NCBI GenBank assembly: GCA_951406725.2
Contig: OX597823.1
Location: forward strand, 103,478,001 to 103,542,000
DNA length: 64,000 nt
Reading direction: 5' to 3'
Source of the DNA: Octopus vulgaris
Taxonomy: Eukaryota
Shown: positions 26,488-39,409 of the stretch, in pieces
Position numbering within the stretch: the first letter of the stretch is position 1
How the letters are laid out: each line of letters starts with the position of its first letter
Made by a program: the position numbers and the translations under genes
The notes under the pieces: model-generated
What the model saw: only the letters and a program-made list of their open reading frames with translations
Databases searched by the model: none
What the model was told of the DNA's origin: nothing

Positions 26488-27125
26488 TAGATAGCAAAAT
26501 CTATAGAACACCGCTTTCGTTTCTGTACTGAATGGCATCCATTATTTTTCGTATATATCTTGACATCGAAAATGTCACAGCGAAACAAAATTATCGACAA
26601 GTAAAAAATATACTTTGCTATGCGTAATGTCTTTGCTTCAGTTTATGTTTTCTGCAAATTAATTACAATTTATTCTCTAGGTAAAGAAAATTTTCTCCTT
26701 GATCAAAAATTTTTATGAGGGAGGGTTAAACATTCAGATATGTAAGAAGTGGATATAACAACAAATGGAAGATGATTCCAACCTATTTGGATTCCACTCA
26801 AATTCGATTTAATTACTAACATTCACGTTCTCATAGTCAGTCTATTATATATACAGATTTCCAATTGTGACTTTTGGCCCGACATTTTGAGCTTATTTGA
26901 TGAGGGTGCATTTGTCATCGCCGGTATTTGAATACATATCTTCAGTGGCTGTGAATAAATATCCTTCAAAATTTCCGAGTTGTTTTACTGATTCTATTAT
27001 CCCCCTCTCTCTCTCTCTCACACACACACACGCACACACACACACAAATATTAACAGATATATACATATTTATATACATACATATACATATACTTTTATT
27101 CTAGATAGTTAATTATCTATATCTA

Positions 27126-27186
<61 letters not shown>

Positions 27187-28032
27187 GTCTGTCTGTCTCT
27201 CTCTCTACATATGTAGTTAATCACCTATAATAGATAACCTGATAGTGTACACTTGGTAATTAATTTACAAGAGAGATTATCTGGGCAGGAATTATCTAAC
27301 CTATGATATAATTAACCCTATATGGGAATATATTTCTAGGTTAATTCTAGGCCAACTTTGGTGTTATAACCTCGAAAGGGATCAGCAGGTGTAATGCTGA
27401 ATAATTTATGATATTGATACTCTTGTGTGAGAATTTTGTTTATTTTCGGTGCACTTAGCAATACGATCTCTTGGTGCAGTACATAATTCTTTGATATTTA
27501 ATTGACAAATCTTCAAGCACCGAAACACCAGATAACTTTGAAATTAACACAGATTAATACATAGATACACACACATGCGCATACGCACACCCCACCAATA
27601 CACCTCCACATATATATGAGTGTGTGTGTGTGTGTGTACATATGTATATTTATGTATACACATATATATATGTACACACACACATATACATAAACATACA
27701 TAGACATTCGCGCGCGCGCGCACACACACACACGCATGTTTGTATATACGTTATGTCATTGTACGAGAATAAATGAAACAAAATGCATCGAAATAAGGTG
27801 CTAGGTCGAAATACCGATTATTTAGTTCCTATATCTTCATAGTTTCTCGAGAATATAACAATCCCCTCCAGATTTTTTAGAGTATGCAGTATACGCAAAT
27901 CATGGTTGTCCCCTCGTTATCGAGTATGGCCATTGCACGAAGCTTAACTGTTACTGGTGCTGTGATCGAATGTGACTTTTTAGCCCAGCTAAAGATCTAC
28001 AATGTCTTGTACAGAATTGGCAGTTAAAACCT

Positions 28033-28455
28033 TTACCGGCCAACAGCCGGCTGTAGTTGTAACTGGGCTTCATGTAACTTTGCACGTCGCTTAAGTCTTC
28101 CTGCCGAATCACACTCTCTTCCACAGATATGATTAGTATGGTGTGTTACACCACCACCAGTGGCCAGGTTGTCACTCATCTGTCTCGCTTTATGACTACG
28201 AAGGTGACTTTTGAGTCCAACTTTACAGAGGCAGGCTCTTGCACAGACATTGCATGTCAGCATCAAAGGAAGACCCTTCCCTTCTGGAAGTGTAACAGCG
28301 ATGCCCTTCCTCACATCCCTCCTTACTTTCTCATGTGCAACTCGAGATTTCTGAAAAGTGGCCGTCCCCTCATGCACAATTCTTCTCCACCTGCTACGAT
28401 CAATAGCTATGCCTTCCCATGTATTTTGTGATGGTGTTCTGTATTGCATTCAGAA
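28033..28455 (-). pseudogene. RTE ORF C-terminus with C2H2-like zinc finger
   Basis: TWEGIAIDRSRWRRIVHEG...CNVCARACLCKVGLKSHLRSH. Confidence 0.85.
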
Positions 28456-28459
28456 AATG

Positions 28460-29200
28460 CGGATACGGTGTTTACGTCCATTATCGAATCTCTGGCAGCA
28501 TATTTAATATCAGGCGCCTTGCTGCAAAAACAAAGGTATTTACCTCTATCGTAAGAAACCTTTTGTATGCAGATGATTGTGAGCTAGTAGCACACACAGA
28601 GATTGATATGCAACACATTTTGAATGCATTCTCTGATGCTTGCACTGCCTTAGGATTGACAGTCAATCTCAAGAAAACTGTTGTCATGCATCAACCTGCC
28701 CCTGGTAAGCAGTATAGTGTACCAAATATCTATGTGTATGGTAAACGACTTGATGTAGTCGATCAGTTTGTCTACCTGGGAAGCACTATTAACAGATATA
28801 ATAAGTTGGATTATGAAATTCCATATAGAATTAGGAAAGCAAGTGTTGCTTTCGGAAGGCTAGAAAAGCGCCTCTGGAGTCGGCGAAAGACAAAGATAAA
28901 GGTGTCCAAGGCATGTGTGCTCCCTTCTCTTCTCTATGCCTGCGAGACGTGGGTCACACATCGATACCACCTTAAACAACTGGAACCTTTCCATCAGATG
29001 TGCCTCAGACGGATCTATGGCATTAAGTGGAAGGACTGCATCAGTGATCTTGAAATATTGGAAGGCTCTCGGTGTGAAAGTATACAAGCTCTTGTGTTAA
29101 AGCAAAGGCTCAGATGGAGTGGTCATCTAGTCAGGATGAAGGATTCAAGGATGCCAAAACAACTCTTTTATGGAGAGTTAGCTAAAGGAAAACGACATAA
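28460..29200 (+). pseudogene. RTE reverse transcriptase fragment (inverted segment)
   Basis: FNIRRLAAKTKV..LLYADDC..GLTVNLKKT..FVYLGS..LLYACETW..RLRWSGHLVRM..PKQLFYGEL. Confidence 0.92.
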
Positions 29201-29233
29201 AAAAGAGGTATACGCAAATTCATACATACATAC

Positions 29234-29310
<77 letters not shown>

Positions 29311-29311
29311 C

Positions 29312-29339
<28 letters not shown>

Positions 29340-29344
<5 letters not shown>

Positions 29345-29566
29345 ATGCTAAAATAAATTTATCATAAAAAACATTTTAGTACCGGTTTCAGTCATTGAAA
29401 CTTTTCAACTCTAAGTATGGAAAACAATTAAATTTTGGGAAAAAAAGTTTTTTAAAAGAATATTTGCATAGTATTCAAATACAAGGGGCATTTCTCTTAT
29501 TTCTGCCTGTCTCAGTCTCTCCTTTTTACTCTTGTGGGTTCGAGGTCGTTGTGAATTCTTGGCAGA

Positions 29567-29626
<60 letters not shown>

Positions 29627-31090
29627 GAAGAAGAAGAAGAAGAAGAAGAAGAGAAAGAATAATAAAGAATGCGGGAGTGGTATGATAGTAGTAGGATGTT
29701 AAATGGTCAAGTGCCCTGAAAGTGACTTGTTGTGGATGATAGTAGTGATTGAATTCTTGAGACATCTCTTTTGAATGTATTGTTTTTAATATTTGCGTGG
29801 GTGTTATTCTAAGCAGCAGTAGTAGTAAAGTAAAGAAGGAGGTGGCAGAGCGGAAGAAGAAGACGAAGAAGAAGAAGAAGAGAAAGAATAATAAAAGAAT
29901 GCGGGAGTGGTATGATAGTATTAGGATGTTAAATGGTCAAGTGCCCTAAAAGTGATTCGTTGTGGATTATAGTAGTGATTCGGACTGTTTTTAATGAATT
30001 CTTGGGCATCTCATTTCAATGTATCATTTTTTAATATTTGTGTGTTATTCTAAGGTCGTGGAGGATATGTCATTTGTCGTAGATGCGTTTAAAGGGGTCT
30101 GTATTCTCTTTACTAATTCGTTGGCTACAGGTTGTATCATCCCTGAATTGCTAGAGGGGGAAAATTCTGAAGCTTGGATTTTTGTTATTGGCGCAAATGT
30201 CGACGTGTTGGCTGAATGCCATTTTTCTATTTTTCGGAATTTTGATCTGGGATCTGTGCAGAGCTATCCTTTGGTGTAGACCGTTTTTTGTTTGGTCTAT
30301 GTATTGCTATTGACACCCAGAGCAGGTTAGTGCGTATATCAAGTTCTCCCATGCACATGTGAAGATGCTTTTCACTGAGAATCGTTGTCTCTGTTTGAAG
30401 GAGATCTCTGATCCTTCAATTAAATTGACGCATATCCCACAGTTGGGTCATCCGCATTTTTTTACTGACGGCTTCAGTGTTGTTGTTGAGCGTATTCGGG
30501 CTTATGTTAGGAGACTTTCCATAGATTTGGGTTGTCTCTTGCTTTTTATGATGGTGTGTGTTTGGAGAATTAAGTTCATTCTGTGCTCCTTTTTTAGCAG
30601 GGAATTATTTTGAAGGATGATGTCGAAGGCTTCATTGTTAAGAGGGTTGTGGAGATGTATGGTAGGGCTTTTGGTTGTAAATCCTTCTTTAATTTGGGAT
30701 GTCTGAGTTCGTGGATGTTGAGTTGTAGGGCACGTTGAAGGCATATGTCAATTAGTGAAGGTGGGTAGTTCCTGGTGATGAGTGTATTCTTTAGTTCATA
30801 TGGTCGTGTATCCTTGCATTAGAAACTATAGTACAAATCCTTTTTGCCAGGCTGAAGGGGATATTCATTCTGGTGTGTCTGGGGTGGCAAGAGTTGAACG
30901 GTAGATATTGCTTAAAGTCCGTGGGCTTATAGTATATATCTATTTCTATTACATTGTTGGATTTCTTAATGAGGATGTCGAGGAAGGGAAGTTGTTGATG
31001 GCTATATTCCACCGTGAATTGAATGTTTACGCCAAGTCCATTTATAAGTGCTTGGAACTCTTTAATTTCTCTATATTTTCATGCGAAAGA
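29340..31090 (-). mobile_element. Penelope-like element: RT C-terminus, Zn-linker, GIY-YIG and pLTR (decayed)
   Basis: LPFLDILI..YYKPTD..YLPFNSCHP..IPFSLAKRICTI (30791-31012); KCG*PNCGIC; NLIYALTCSGCQ*QYIDQT; internal tandem duplication ~29630-29800 / 29870-30050. Confidence 0.88.
29378..29411 (-). ncRNA. Weak hammerhead motif, U3-A8 variant, in PLE pLTR
   Basis: Minus strand AG-TTGAAAA-gtttcaatgact-GAAA-CCGG-TA-CT; stems I and II marginal, but position downstream of the PLE ORF fits. Confidence 0.4.
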
Positions 31091-31249
31091 ATGGCTAAAA
31101 GAATGCTTACGATTGGCTAAAATTACCAACATTTTCAAACTTTAATTGCTAATAACTCTTTATTTATTGATTTATAGCGAAAATTACTTTCACGTCATTA
31201 ATTAGCCTATAAAAGTGTATCATTACACTGAATATGAAATCAATTCGAA

Positions 31250-31943
31250 CACAATTGGTGCTGGCAGCCAAACCGATAAGATCCACCACTGCTAATACAT
31301 CAGTAGTAGTATCACTTCTAACTCTATTCGTACCATTTTCGCAACTACCGCCTAAACTATCATTACCAACTACTACTAACTCTACCACTCTCACAACAAC
31401 CACTATACTAAATATAAAGCCATCGCTCTATTAAATAATACACTGCCACTATCATCTTGGCTATCAACACTTCCTTTAACGCCATTATCACGAACACAAC
31501 CACCATCATCACAAATATTATCACTACAAGTAGCAGCCTCACCACCACAAACATTACCGCCGCCACCGTTACCAACACTGTCACCACTAACAACACCACC
31601 AGAATCATCATCACCTTTATTATCATTACAAACACCATCAGTATCACCATAAAAGCCTCCAGCATCTATCACAAAGACAACCAACGTCGCCAGAAACACT
31701 TCTCCCACCACCACCACCACCACGAATCCCCCCCATCCATCCATCGTCACCACAAAGAGCATCAACATCATCACACACTACTTCACAAGCAACTTTCCAT
31801 AAGCACCACCACCAACACCAACGCCAGCAATATCAATTCTACGCCTTACCACAAACAACAAAAGGCCACCACCACCACAACTGCTACCACCATTATAAAC
31901 ACGAGAACACATTCAACTATTCCCACCACCACCACTACCACCG

Positions 31944-31976
<33 letters not shown>

Positions 31977-31980
31977 CATT
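31250..31980. repeat. Degenerate ACC/ATC/ACT trinucleotide low-complexity tract
   Basis: Direct reading; similar tracts at 40120-40440, 41770-41970, 52080-52620 and 53160-53525. Confidence 0.85.
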
Positions 31981-32259
31981 GAAGCATATTGAAGACTTTC
32001 TCTGAAGCGATACAGAAAAGAATCGGAATGTTTCTATTACTTGGTGTTGATGTCTTGACAAGTCTTTTTCTTAGTTAAAGAAAGTCGATAAGGGAGATAA
32101 ACGTGAAGAGATATGGTTTTGTTTTTTGCATAGTAAAACTGACCTTTTTTTCCCTCCACCTTTGTTGGTTTTTCAATTTTAACAAACGCAGCAGAAAATT
32201 ATATGAGGGGATTTGCTTTTAGAAGACTTCTGCTTTTGTTATTTATGTGCAAGTATTTG

Positions 32260-32292
<33 letters not shown>

Positions 32293-32294
<2 letters not shown>

Positions 32295-32394
32295 TCACAC
32301 ACACGTATATATATGTAAATGTATATAATCATTATCTCTCCCGATTCACACACACGTATATATATGTAAATGTATATAATCATTCTCTCTCCCG
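32293..32394. repeat. ~51-bp tandem duplication
   Basis: ATTCACACACACGTATATATATGTAAATGTATATAATCATT..TCTCTCCCG occurs twice. Confidence 0.85.
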
Positions 32395-32449
32395 ATATAT
32401 ATATATATATATATATAATAATAATTATAATATAATATATAATATATAA

Positions 32450-32567
32450 TTGGCCTGCTCGCTTAGCCAGCGGGGTGGCGCCATTCGAAGGTTAAAACAA
32501 TGCGAACGCATTGTGACCAGCAATGTGTAACTACATCTGATGGACTGGTCGGTCACGTGATCACGGT
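32450..32567 (+). mobile_element. 3' part of SINE family D
   Basis: TTGGCCTGCTCGCTTAGCCAGCGGG...CTGATGGACTGGTCGGTCACGTGATCAC matches 50616-50733. Confidence 0.8.
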
Positions 32568-32631
32568 GATAATATATAATATATAATATATAATTTAGCG
32601 TGCGATTTAATAAATTGTATTTTAGACAAAC

Positions 32632-32704
32632 TTCTGCTGATGACCTATAGATGTTGTGTAAGTAAAATTGCATATTACATTAATAGCGAAACAATTGTCC
32701 AGAG
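32632..32704 (+). ncRNA. Type-I hammerhead motif with canonical core
   Basis: TTCTG-CTGATGA-cCTAT..long loop..ATAGc-GAAA-CAATTG-TC-CAGAG; predicted cleavage after C32699; C.C mismatch at 10.1/11.1. Confidence 0.7.
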
Positions 32705-32956
32705 TTAATCTATATTTTCGTTATTTTTCACTTGCCTCGTTTACGTTAAATGTTGTGTTAATTCTCCTTGGAAACAATTTTTTAGTGGCTAATACCATAG
32801 CGGATCTATTTTTAGCGCTAGAGTCGACCATATAGTGGTCACTCTCTTATATTTATGTATACATTTTTATTGTATCCCTGGCTTCTATGCGCTAAGCCAC
32901 TTGGTGTTAAATTGGTGGTATTATTAAATTAATATCTAATTTTTCACCCTTATTTG

Positions 32957-33032
<76 letters not shown>

Positions 33033-33326
33033 ACACAAATAAGAAAATGGAGAAACAAATTTAGTTTGTTCATCAACTTTCGGATATTATAGTGTTGGAT
33101 TATTTATTCATTTAACAAAATGAGAAAGTCAATAGCATACATATATATCTTATAATTCAATATTTATATATATAAAATTCAAATTACGATGAACGTAAAT
33201 AAACAAACGAAGTTTGCTTTAGAAGCGTTGAAAGTTAAAGAAGTGATTTTAAATTCTCAAACGCAGAATAATGCTAATGATATAGCCTAACAGGATAAGC
33301 TACCCCTATTTTGCCGAAAAAAGTGT

Positions 33327-33387
33327 TGGCGGTCGGCTATGAGACTCGAACTCACACCTCCGTGTGAACCATTAAGCTAAACGGCCC
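33327..33387 (-). pseudogene. tRNA-like fragment lacking the anticodon arm, ending in CCA
   Basis: Minus strand GGGCCGTTTAGCTTAATGGTT..GTGAG TTCGAGT CTCAT..GCCGACCGCCA; lies between ~60-bp direct repeats at 33175 and 33458. Confidence 0.55.
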
Positions 33388-33520
33388 ACACCACACAAAT
33401 TCTTCTGCAAATTTAAGATATATAGAAATTTCACTTTATGAGACGCTATCATACGTTAAATTCAAATTATGATGAATGTAAACAAACAAACGAAGGTTTG
33501 CTTTAGCAACGTTGAGATGT

Positions 33521-33563
<43 letters not shown>

Positions 33564-34009
33564 GTTTTGAATCACACAACAATGCTCTATAATACAAACA
33601 ATGGACTATAATAGTATGATAACTGTTGTAATTTAATCACCCATAGTCTGATATGATATTTCGGAATAAAATTCCTTCTTTAGATATCCCTAGAAATTGA
33701 TGGAGTCGGTTTTCCAACGGCTTTTCTGTTTTTATTTTTATGTTCCGAAAGCGTCTCAGCAGTGGTCTCACAAAGCGCCTTCCGGAATTCCTCATGAGAT
33801 GTGCATGAGGTCGGCCATGTCTCAATCTCATGGGTGCTGGCACATCCGTAGCGCTGCTTCTAAGTTACGTATTAAACGTGCAGCTTCCAGTTTTCCCCTT
33901 CTTTTTCTCTCTTTTTTTTTTTTACTATAAACAATGCATGAGCATGTTATCAAAACTGAACCTACACGCATCTAGATGTAGCTAAATAACACATTGATTA
34001 CCAACCTGC

Positions 34010-34300
34010 AGCCTGTTGTTTATTTGGGGCCCTAGTCTGTGTATGAGTACAGCTTCCTTAATTCTTCAATTACCCAAATTTCTTTCATTGGCCTCAATAG
34101 TGACTCTTATGCTTTTGTCGGTGTTCTGGCATCTGTCTAGATGTTTTCTGAAAGAGCAGGCTTTCATGTTCAGATGCTCTTTGATGCCAACGTGTAATGT
34201 GCTACCCACATAAAACTTGTTGCATTTGTTACATTGTATTCTATGCACAACATTTACCCGTTGGCATAAATCTGTGTCACGGATGGGACAGATTATTAGT
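34010..34300 (-). mobile_element. GIY-YIG endonuclease fragment of a second Penelope-like family
   Basis: CPIRDTDLCQRVNVVHRIQCNKCNKFYVGST..IKEHL..FRKHLDRC.. followed by RIKEAVLIHRLGPQIN. Confidence 0.8.
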
Positions 34301-34480
34301 GTGCATTGACTGTTGTCTCTTGTTCGTTTCTTTACTACTTATTATTACTATTATTATTGTACCAGTTAATCACTGGGGTCGATGTAATTGACTTAATCCC
34401 CTTGTCTGTCCTTGTTTGTTCCCTCTATGTTTAGACCCCTGTAGGCAATAAAGAAATAAATTATTATTATTATTATTTTT

Positions 34481-35009
34481 GAGTGACACTGGGGTAAAAT
34501 ATATGAAACCCAGCATACCCATCATGACTACCCGTCTGATAAGGGTACACCAAGCACATGCATCACAACCAGATGTGCGCGACATGGTGATCTCATATCA
34601 AGATAAAGAGCGCATGACTTTGCAGGTGGGGCCCAGTTGGAATTTTTTTCTGGTCGAGTAGCCCATCCCGCTCAAAAGGTCCCTGAATAAGGGTTGTTTA
34701 AGGATGTTGAACGAACTATTCATGTTTCCAAAGGTGACTTATCCAAACCACCAAGAATTCCTTACAACACACGGCTATGATGCTCCCCCACTACTTCTGC
34801 CCATGATCAAGAGATGTACATATCGTCAGCCACTAAGGGACATGCTCAACTGGTTATGGTCAAACAAGTAACAAGCAAATCTGTGGTATTGAGCAGAATA
34901 TTTACTGTAGCTCATCTTTTATACCAAGACAAAACAATGTACATGATAACACTTCCAATCAGTTAAGATCAGCAGTCATGAGAGCCACTGCTTGGTACGG
35001 CATGAAGGC

Positions 35010-35011
<2 letters not shown>
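34481..35011 (-). mobile_element. ~550-bp (AAT)n-associated element, copy 3
   Basis: Reverse complement of 13378-13926, flanked by (ATT)n; short deletion near 34486. Confidence 0.85.
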
Positions 35012-35055
<44 letters not shown>

Positions 35056-35610
35056 GAGTGAGAGAGCAGTGCATGCCATCAAAGTGACACTGGGGTAAAA
35101 TATACGAAGCCCAGTATACCCATCAGGACTAGCCGTCTGATAAGGGTACGCTAGGCACATGCATCACAACCATATGTGCGTGACATGGTGATCTCAAATC
35201 AAGATAAACAGCGCATGACCTTGCAAGTGGGGCCCAGTTAGAATTTTCTTCAGATCGAGTAACCCATCCCGCTCAAAAGGTCCCCAAATAAGAGTTGTTT
35301 AAGGATGTTGAACGAAACACCCATGTTTCCAAAAGTGAATTATCCAAATCTCTAAGAATCCCTTTCAACACATGGCTATGATGCTCCCTCACTACTTCTG
35401 CTCGTGGTTAGAGATGTACATGTCATCAGACACTAAGAGAACGCTCAACGGGTTATAGTCAAACAACTGACAAGAAAATCTGTGGTATTGAGTAGAATAT
35501 TTGCTGTAGCCCATCTTTTATACCAAGACAAAACACTGTATATGATAACACTTCCACTCAGTTAAGATCAGAAGCCATGAGAGCCACTGCCTGGTACTGC
35601 ATCTGGGCAT
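35056..35610 (-). mobile_element. ~550-bp (AAT)n-associated element, copy 4
   Basis: GAGTGAGAGAGCAGTGC...GGTACTGCATCTGGGCAT flanked by (ATT)n on both sides. Confidence 0.88.
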
Positions 35611-36330
35611 TTATTATTATTATTATTATTATCGTTTTTTTTCATTGCTTGGAGACTTTCGATTCTTACATCAAGAACTGGGTATATCTCTGAAATATAT
35701 AAAAGAGATTGAGACTGATGTTTCAAGGTTAACAAAAAAATGCTCAAGGTTCAATGCTGTTTGAAAATATCCAAACAATATTTAAAGACCCTGGTATTGC
35801 TATTTTTCTGGAACGTTCCTCTGTCTATCTTCAAAGGCAATCTGTCAATGTCACTACAAAAAGTGTGGTGATTAATAACTCCAGTTGTATCAATTACTAG
35901 TGGGGATGATAATCACATCCATTAACAAGTAGCAAATTGTTTGGGTCAGTGCATTTGTCAGTGCGTTGTATAGAATACCTCGCGGTATTTGTACCGATTA
36001 TCCACTCTCTGAGTTCAAATCCCACTGACGTCAATGGTGCATTTCATTCTTTCGTGGAAGATAAAAATAAGATTTACCAATCCAGGGTGGCGTATTGACG
36101 AAACAGTTAGAGGAGGATCGAGGGATATGCGTCAACAGGAACGTCTGAACATCATTATAGGGCCCGGGTAAATTAGTGCACAGGGCCCTTAAGTATTTAT
36201 TTTTGACAGCAAGCCAGAACAGACAGTGATCCAAATTGGGTATCCAGACTCACGAAGCTCCCGGGCAACTGCCTGTGTGCCCACGCACTAAGATCGCACT
36301 GTGCCTGATGGCATCTACCTTGGTGTTTGA

Positions 36331-36566
36331 AAGGTGGCGAGCTGGTAGAAACGTTAGCACGCCGGGCGAAATGCTTAGCGGTATCTCGTCTGCCGCTACG
36401 TTCTGAGTTCAAATTCCGCCGAGGTCGACTTTGCCTTTCATCCTTTTGGGGTCGATTAAATAAGTACCAGTTACGCACTGGGGTCGATATAATCGACTCA
36501 ATCCGTTTGGCTGTCCTTGTTTGTCCCCTCTGTGTATAGCCCCTTGTGGGTAGTAAAGAAATAGGT
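36331..36566 (+). mobile_element. Full-length SINE family C with 18-bp TSD
   Basis: GGCGAGCTGGTAGAAACGTTAGCACG..GAGTTCAAATTCC; TSD ATCT(A/G)CCTTGGTGTTTGA at 36313-36330 and 36567-36584. Confidence 0.9.
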
Positions 36567-38094
36567 ATCTGCCTTGGTGTTTGACAGAAACACCTAAAAC
36601 AACACTAATGCCAAGCTGTATCGGTGGTCTTACTGTTGGATAAACATTGATGACGCGGCGAGAAGAGACTTGTATACAAAGGCAACTGCTAGTTCTGTTA
36701 GAAACAATCTTACCCAAGCTTTCCCGAAGTTGTGCAGATGCAAGGTAAACATTGATCAACGAAAGACAATGTTTTTAATTCAACAGCTTGGTTGATATAT
36801 TTCTTTAGATTTCCAGCACACTTTTGTATAGCTTTACATTTATTTGCTATGTCGATAATCAGTACACTATTGGGAGTTTTATAATGGCAAAGGATGCTAG
36901 GTTTATTGTGACGTATCTAGTGGTCTGTATGTTTGTAAAAAATAGTTTCACACTGTCATTTTCCAAAACAAATCTATATTTATCTAGATTTATATGAGTA
37001 TTACAAATAACATTTATCTCGGTATAGACCAGTAGCTATTTTAATTTAACTTCGGTCTCCATAGAAAGCTGCAAGGAAATAATTTTTGCTACACAGACAC
37101 TTGGAAAACTCAGTGCTGGCTTCAGTTTAAAACCAAATAATGTCTTCAAGGCAATTTAATTATCACCACGTGAATGATCCTTTTGAAAAATGCTGTTTTG
37201 CACTTTACCGCTCTATTCTGTGAACTTTTAGCTGGAAGTGAGAATAATAAAAACAAAGAATAATGAGACATGTACACAAATACACACCTAGATACACAAA
37301 TACACGTATATATATATATACCACAAATGCACACATCGATGCATACAAACAAAATACACATTCAAATACATACATAGAAACATACATAGATAAACGCAGT
37401 CAGTACAAATTCAAATATAAATACATGTACTTACACAGACACATGTACTTACAAAGACACATGCACACAATTGGACAGAAATAGAAAATCAAATAAACAC
37501 ACATGCATACAAAGTTTCTCACATACAGACACATGCAAGCATGTATATACGGTAAACACGATCAAACGATTACACAGTCATATACAGACATAAATTCAGA
37601 CGTACACATGTTTATATGTTTATACATATACACATACAAACACGCACACATACATTTATATGTATACAAACTAAAATGCGGGCAAGGTATTATGTGTATA
37701 TATGAGTACACCTTCACATGCACACACTCAAATATATATATATACACCTTACACATCTTGCCTACACGTATAAATAGGATCACACACTTACATAATCTCT
37801 CGTAGAGAAATAAGCATATAAATATTAATGTGTAGTATAAACATATACGTATTAATATGTATACATATATGCAAGTTCATACGCACTGATACACACATTG
37901 TCACTCACACACACAAAACACATTCATACACACGTGAATATATTCATACAGGCATACAGTTATGCACATATACATATATTGACGGCTAGAATTTTAATGG
38001 TAACACAAGAACGTGCAGGCACACATTTCTGTTATCAAGCACACACTCTAGTACTATAACGCACACACAAACACACACATACACACGTATATTT

Positions 38095-38138
<44 letters not shown>

Positions 38139-38512
38139 GGTGAGGTGGAGAGTGAGTGAGAGAAATGTTATCTTGTGATCGTAGTAATCCACAAATAAGA
38201 TGTTTAAAAATAAAATTTTAAAAATTAGATTTCTTATTACGCATGGCCTCTGAGTTTCAGCAAAAGCTTCATCAAAAAATATTGTTTCTCTGACGAAGCT
38301 TAGCGGGATCACGCTTCATTGAAACCGGTTAATCCAATGTAATTTTCCAGGCATCCACAACATGTAATCACATAGATCAAACTGCGGGAGTTGCAAGTAC
38401 AACCATCTTTTTATTTTAAAGGTTTATCAATCCTTAAACTTCAAAACTGAGCTTTCGGTGAAATATAGGCATTAGGATCAATTTGGTCTTCCGGATCCCT
38501 GGACGATGGGAT

Positions 38513-38545
<33 letters not shown>

Positions 38546-38624
38546 CTTCACTGAGTCCTGTAATTCGCATCAGTTTACGCAGATAGCCGCGCTCTTCATC
38601 GACGGACGAGCCGAGTGATTCTCC

Positions 38625-38770
38625 GTCCAGGCTTCCACACAGTTTCTGCCAACTAAGTTTACTCACAATGCATTTGCCAGCCCGGGGCTATAGTAGAAGA
38701 CTCCTGCCCGAAGTTGCTGTGCAGTGCAACTGAACCCAAAACCATGTGATTGCAACCATGCTTGTGCCTA
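38625..38770 (-). mobile_element. SINE family B, 5' half
   Basis: GGCTATAGTAGAAGAC..TGCCCGAAG..CTGAACCC..AACCATGTG. Confidence 0.65.
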
Positions 38771-38989
38771 TTGGGCTAATTCTTTTTCCAGATTGAATGG
38801 AGTATTCTTGTTTAGGAAGACAGGTTGTGAAGAGAAGATGGTACTTTGTATCGGTGGGTTTGAAGGGTATGTCCCTTTCTATTTCTCACCTGTTTCCTAA
38901 TCAAAATATCTAAAAGTGACCGTTTTTCTCAAAGTTGAAATCCATCGTGAATTCGTTAATTTATTATGTGATTTGCTGTTAATGACATA

Positions 38990-39044
<55 letters not shown>

Positions 39045-39343
39045 TGTAAATAACATATACATATATATATACACATATGTATACATATGTTTATATATAT
39101 ATATAAACAAACACATATATCTTTACATAATATATATGTATATTTGTGTATGTATTTATGTATTTATATATAAATATGTGTATATATGCACATGAATGCA
39201 TATTTATATATACGGAGCGAGAGAGAAGAGAAAGAGAGAAAGAAAGAGAGAGAGAGAGAGAAAAGAAAAGTAATGGAGGGATAAACACACATAGACGCAC
39301 TTCGAGGCACATATACATTTACAGCTTGCATACACTTACACAC

Positions 39344-39409
<66 letters not shown>

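Larger units (their letters stand above)
27901..29207 (-). mobile_element. RTE (BovB-like) LINE, 5'-truncated and 5'-inverted, with 12-bp TSD
   Basis: TSD GTATACGCAAAT at 27889-27900 and 29208-29219; the 3' segment is on minus, the RT segment on plus. Confidence 0.9.

Noticed and set aside
36083-36301. hAT-like MITE
   Set aside because: The ends are too diverged and no 8-bp TSD was found.
38286-38333. CTGACGA...GAAACCGGTT hammerhead candidate (also 22920-22975, 23940-23965 and 43760-43780)
   Set aside because: The core or stems I/II do not form, so these were left out of the covariation set.
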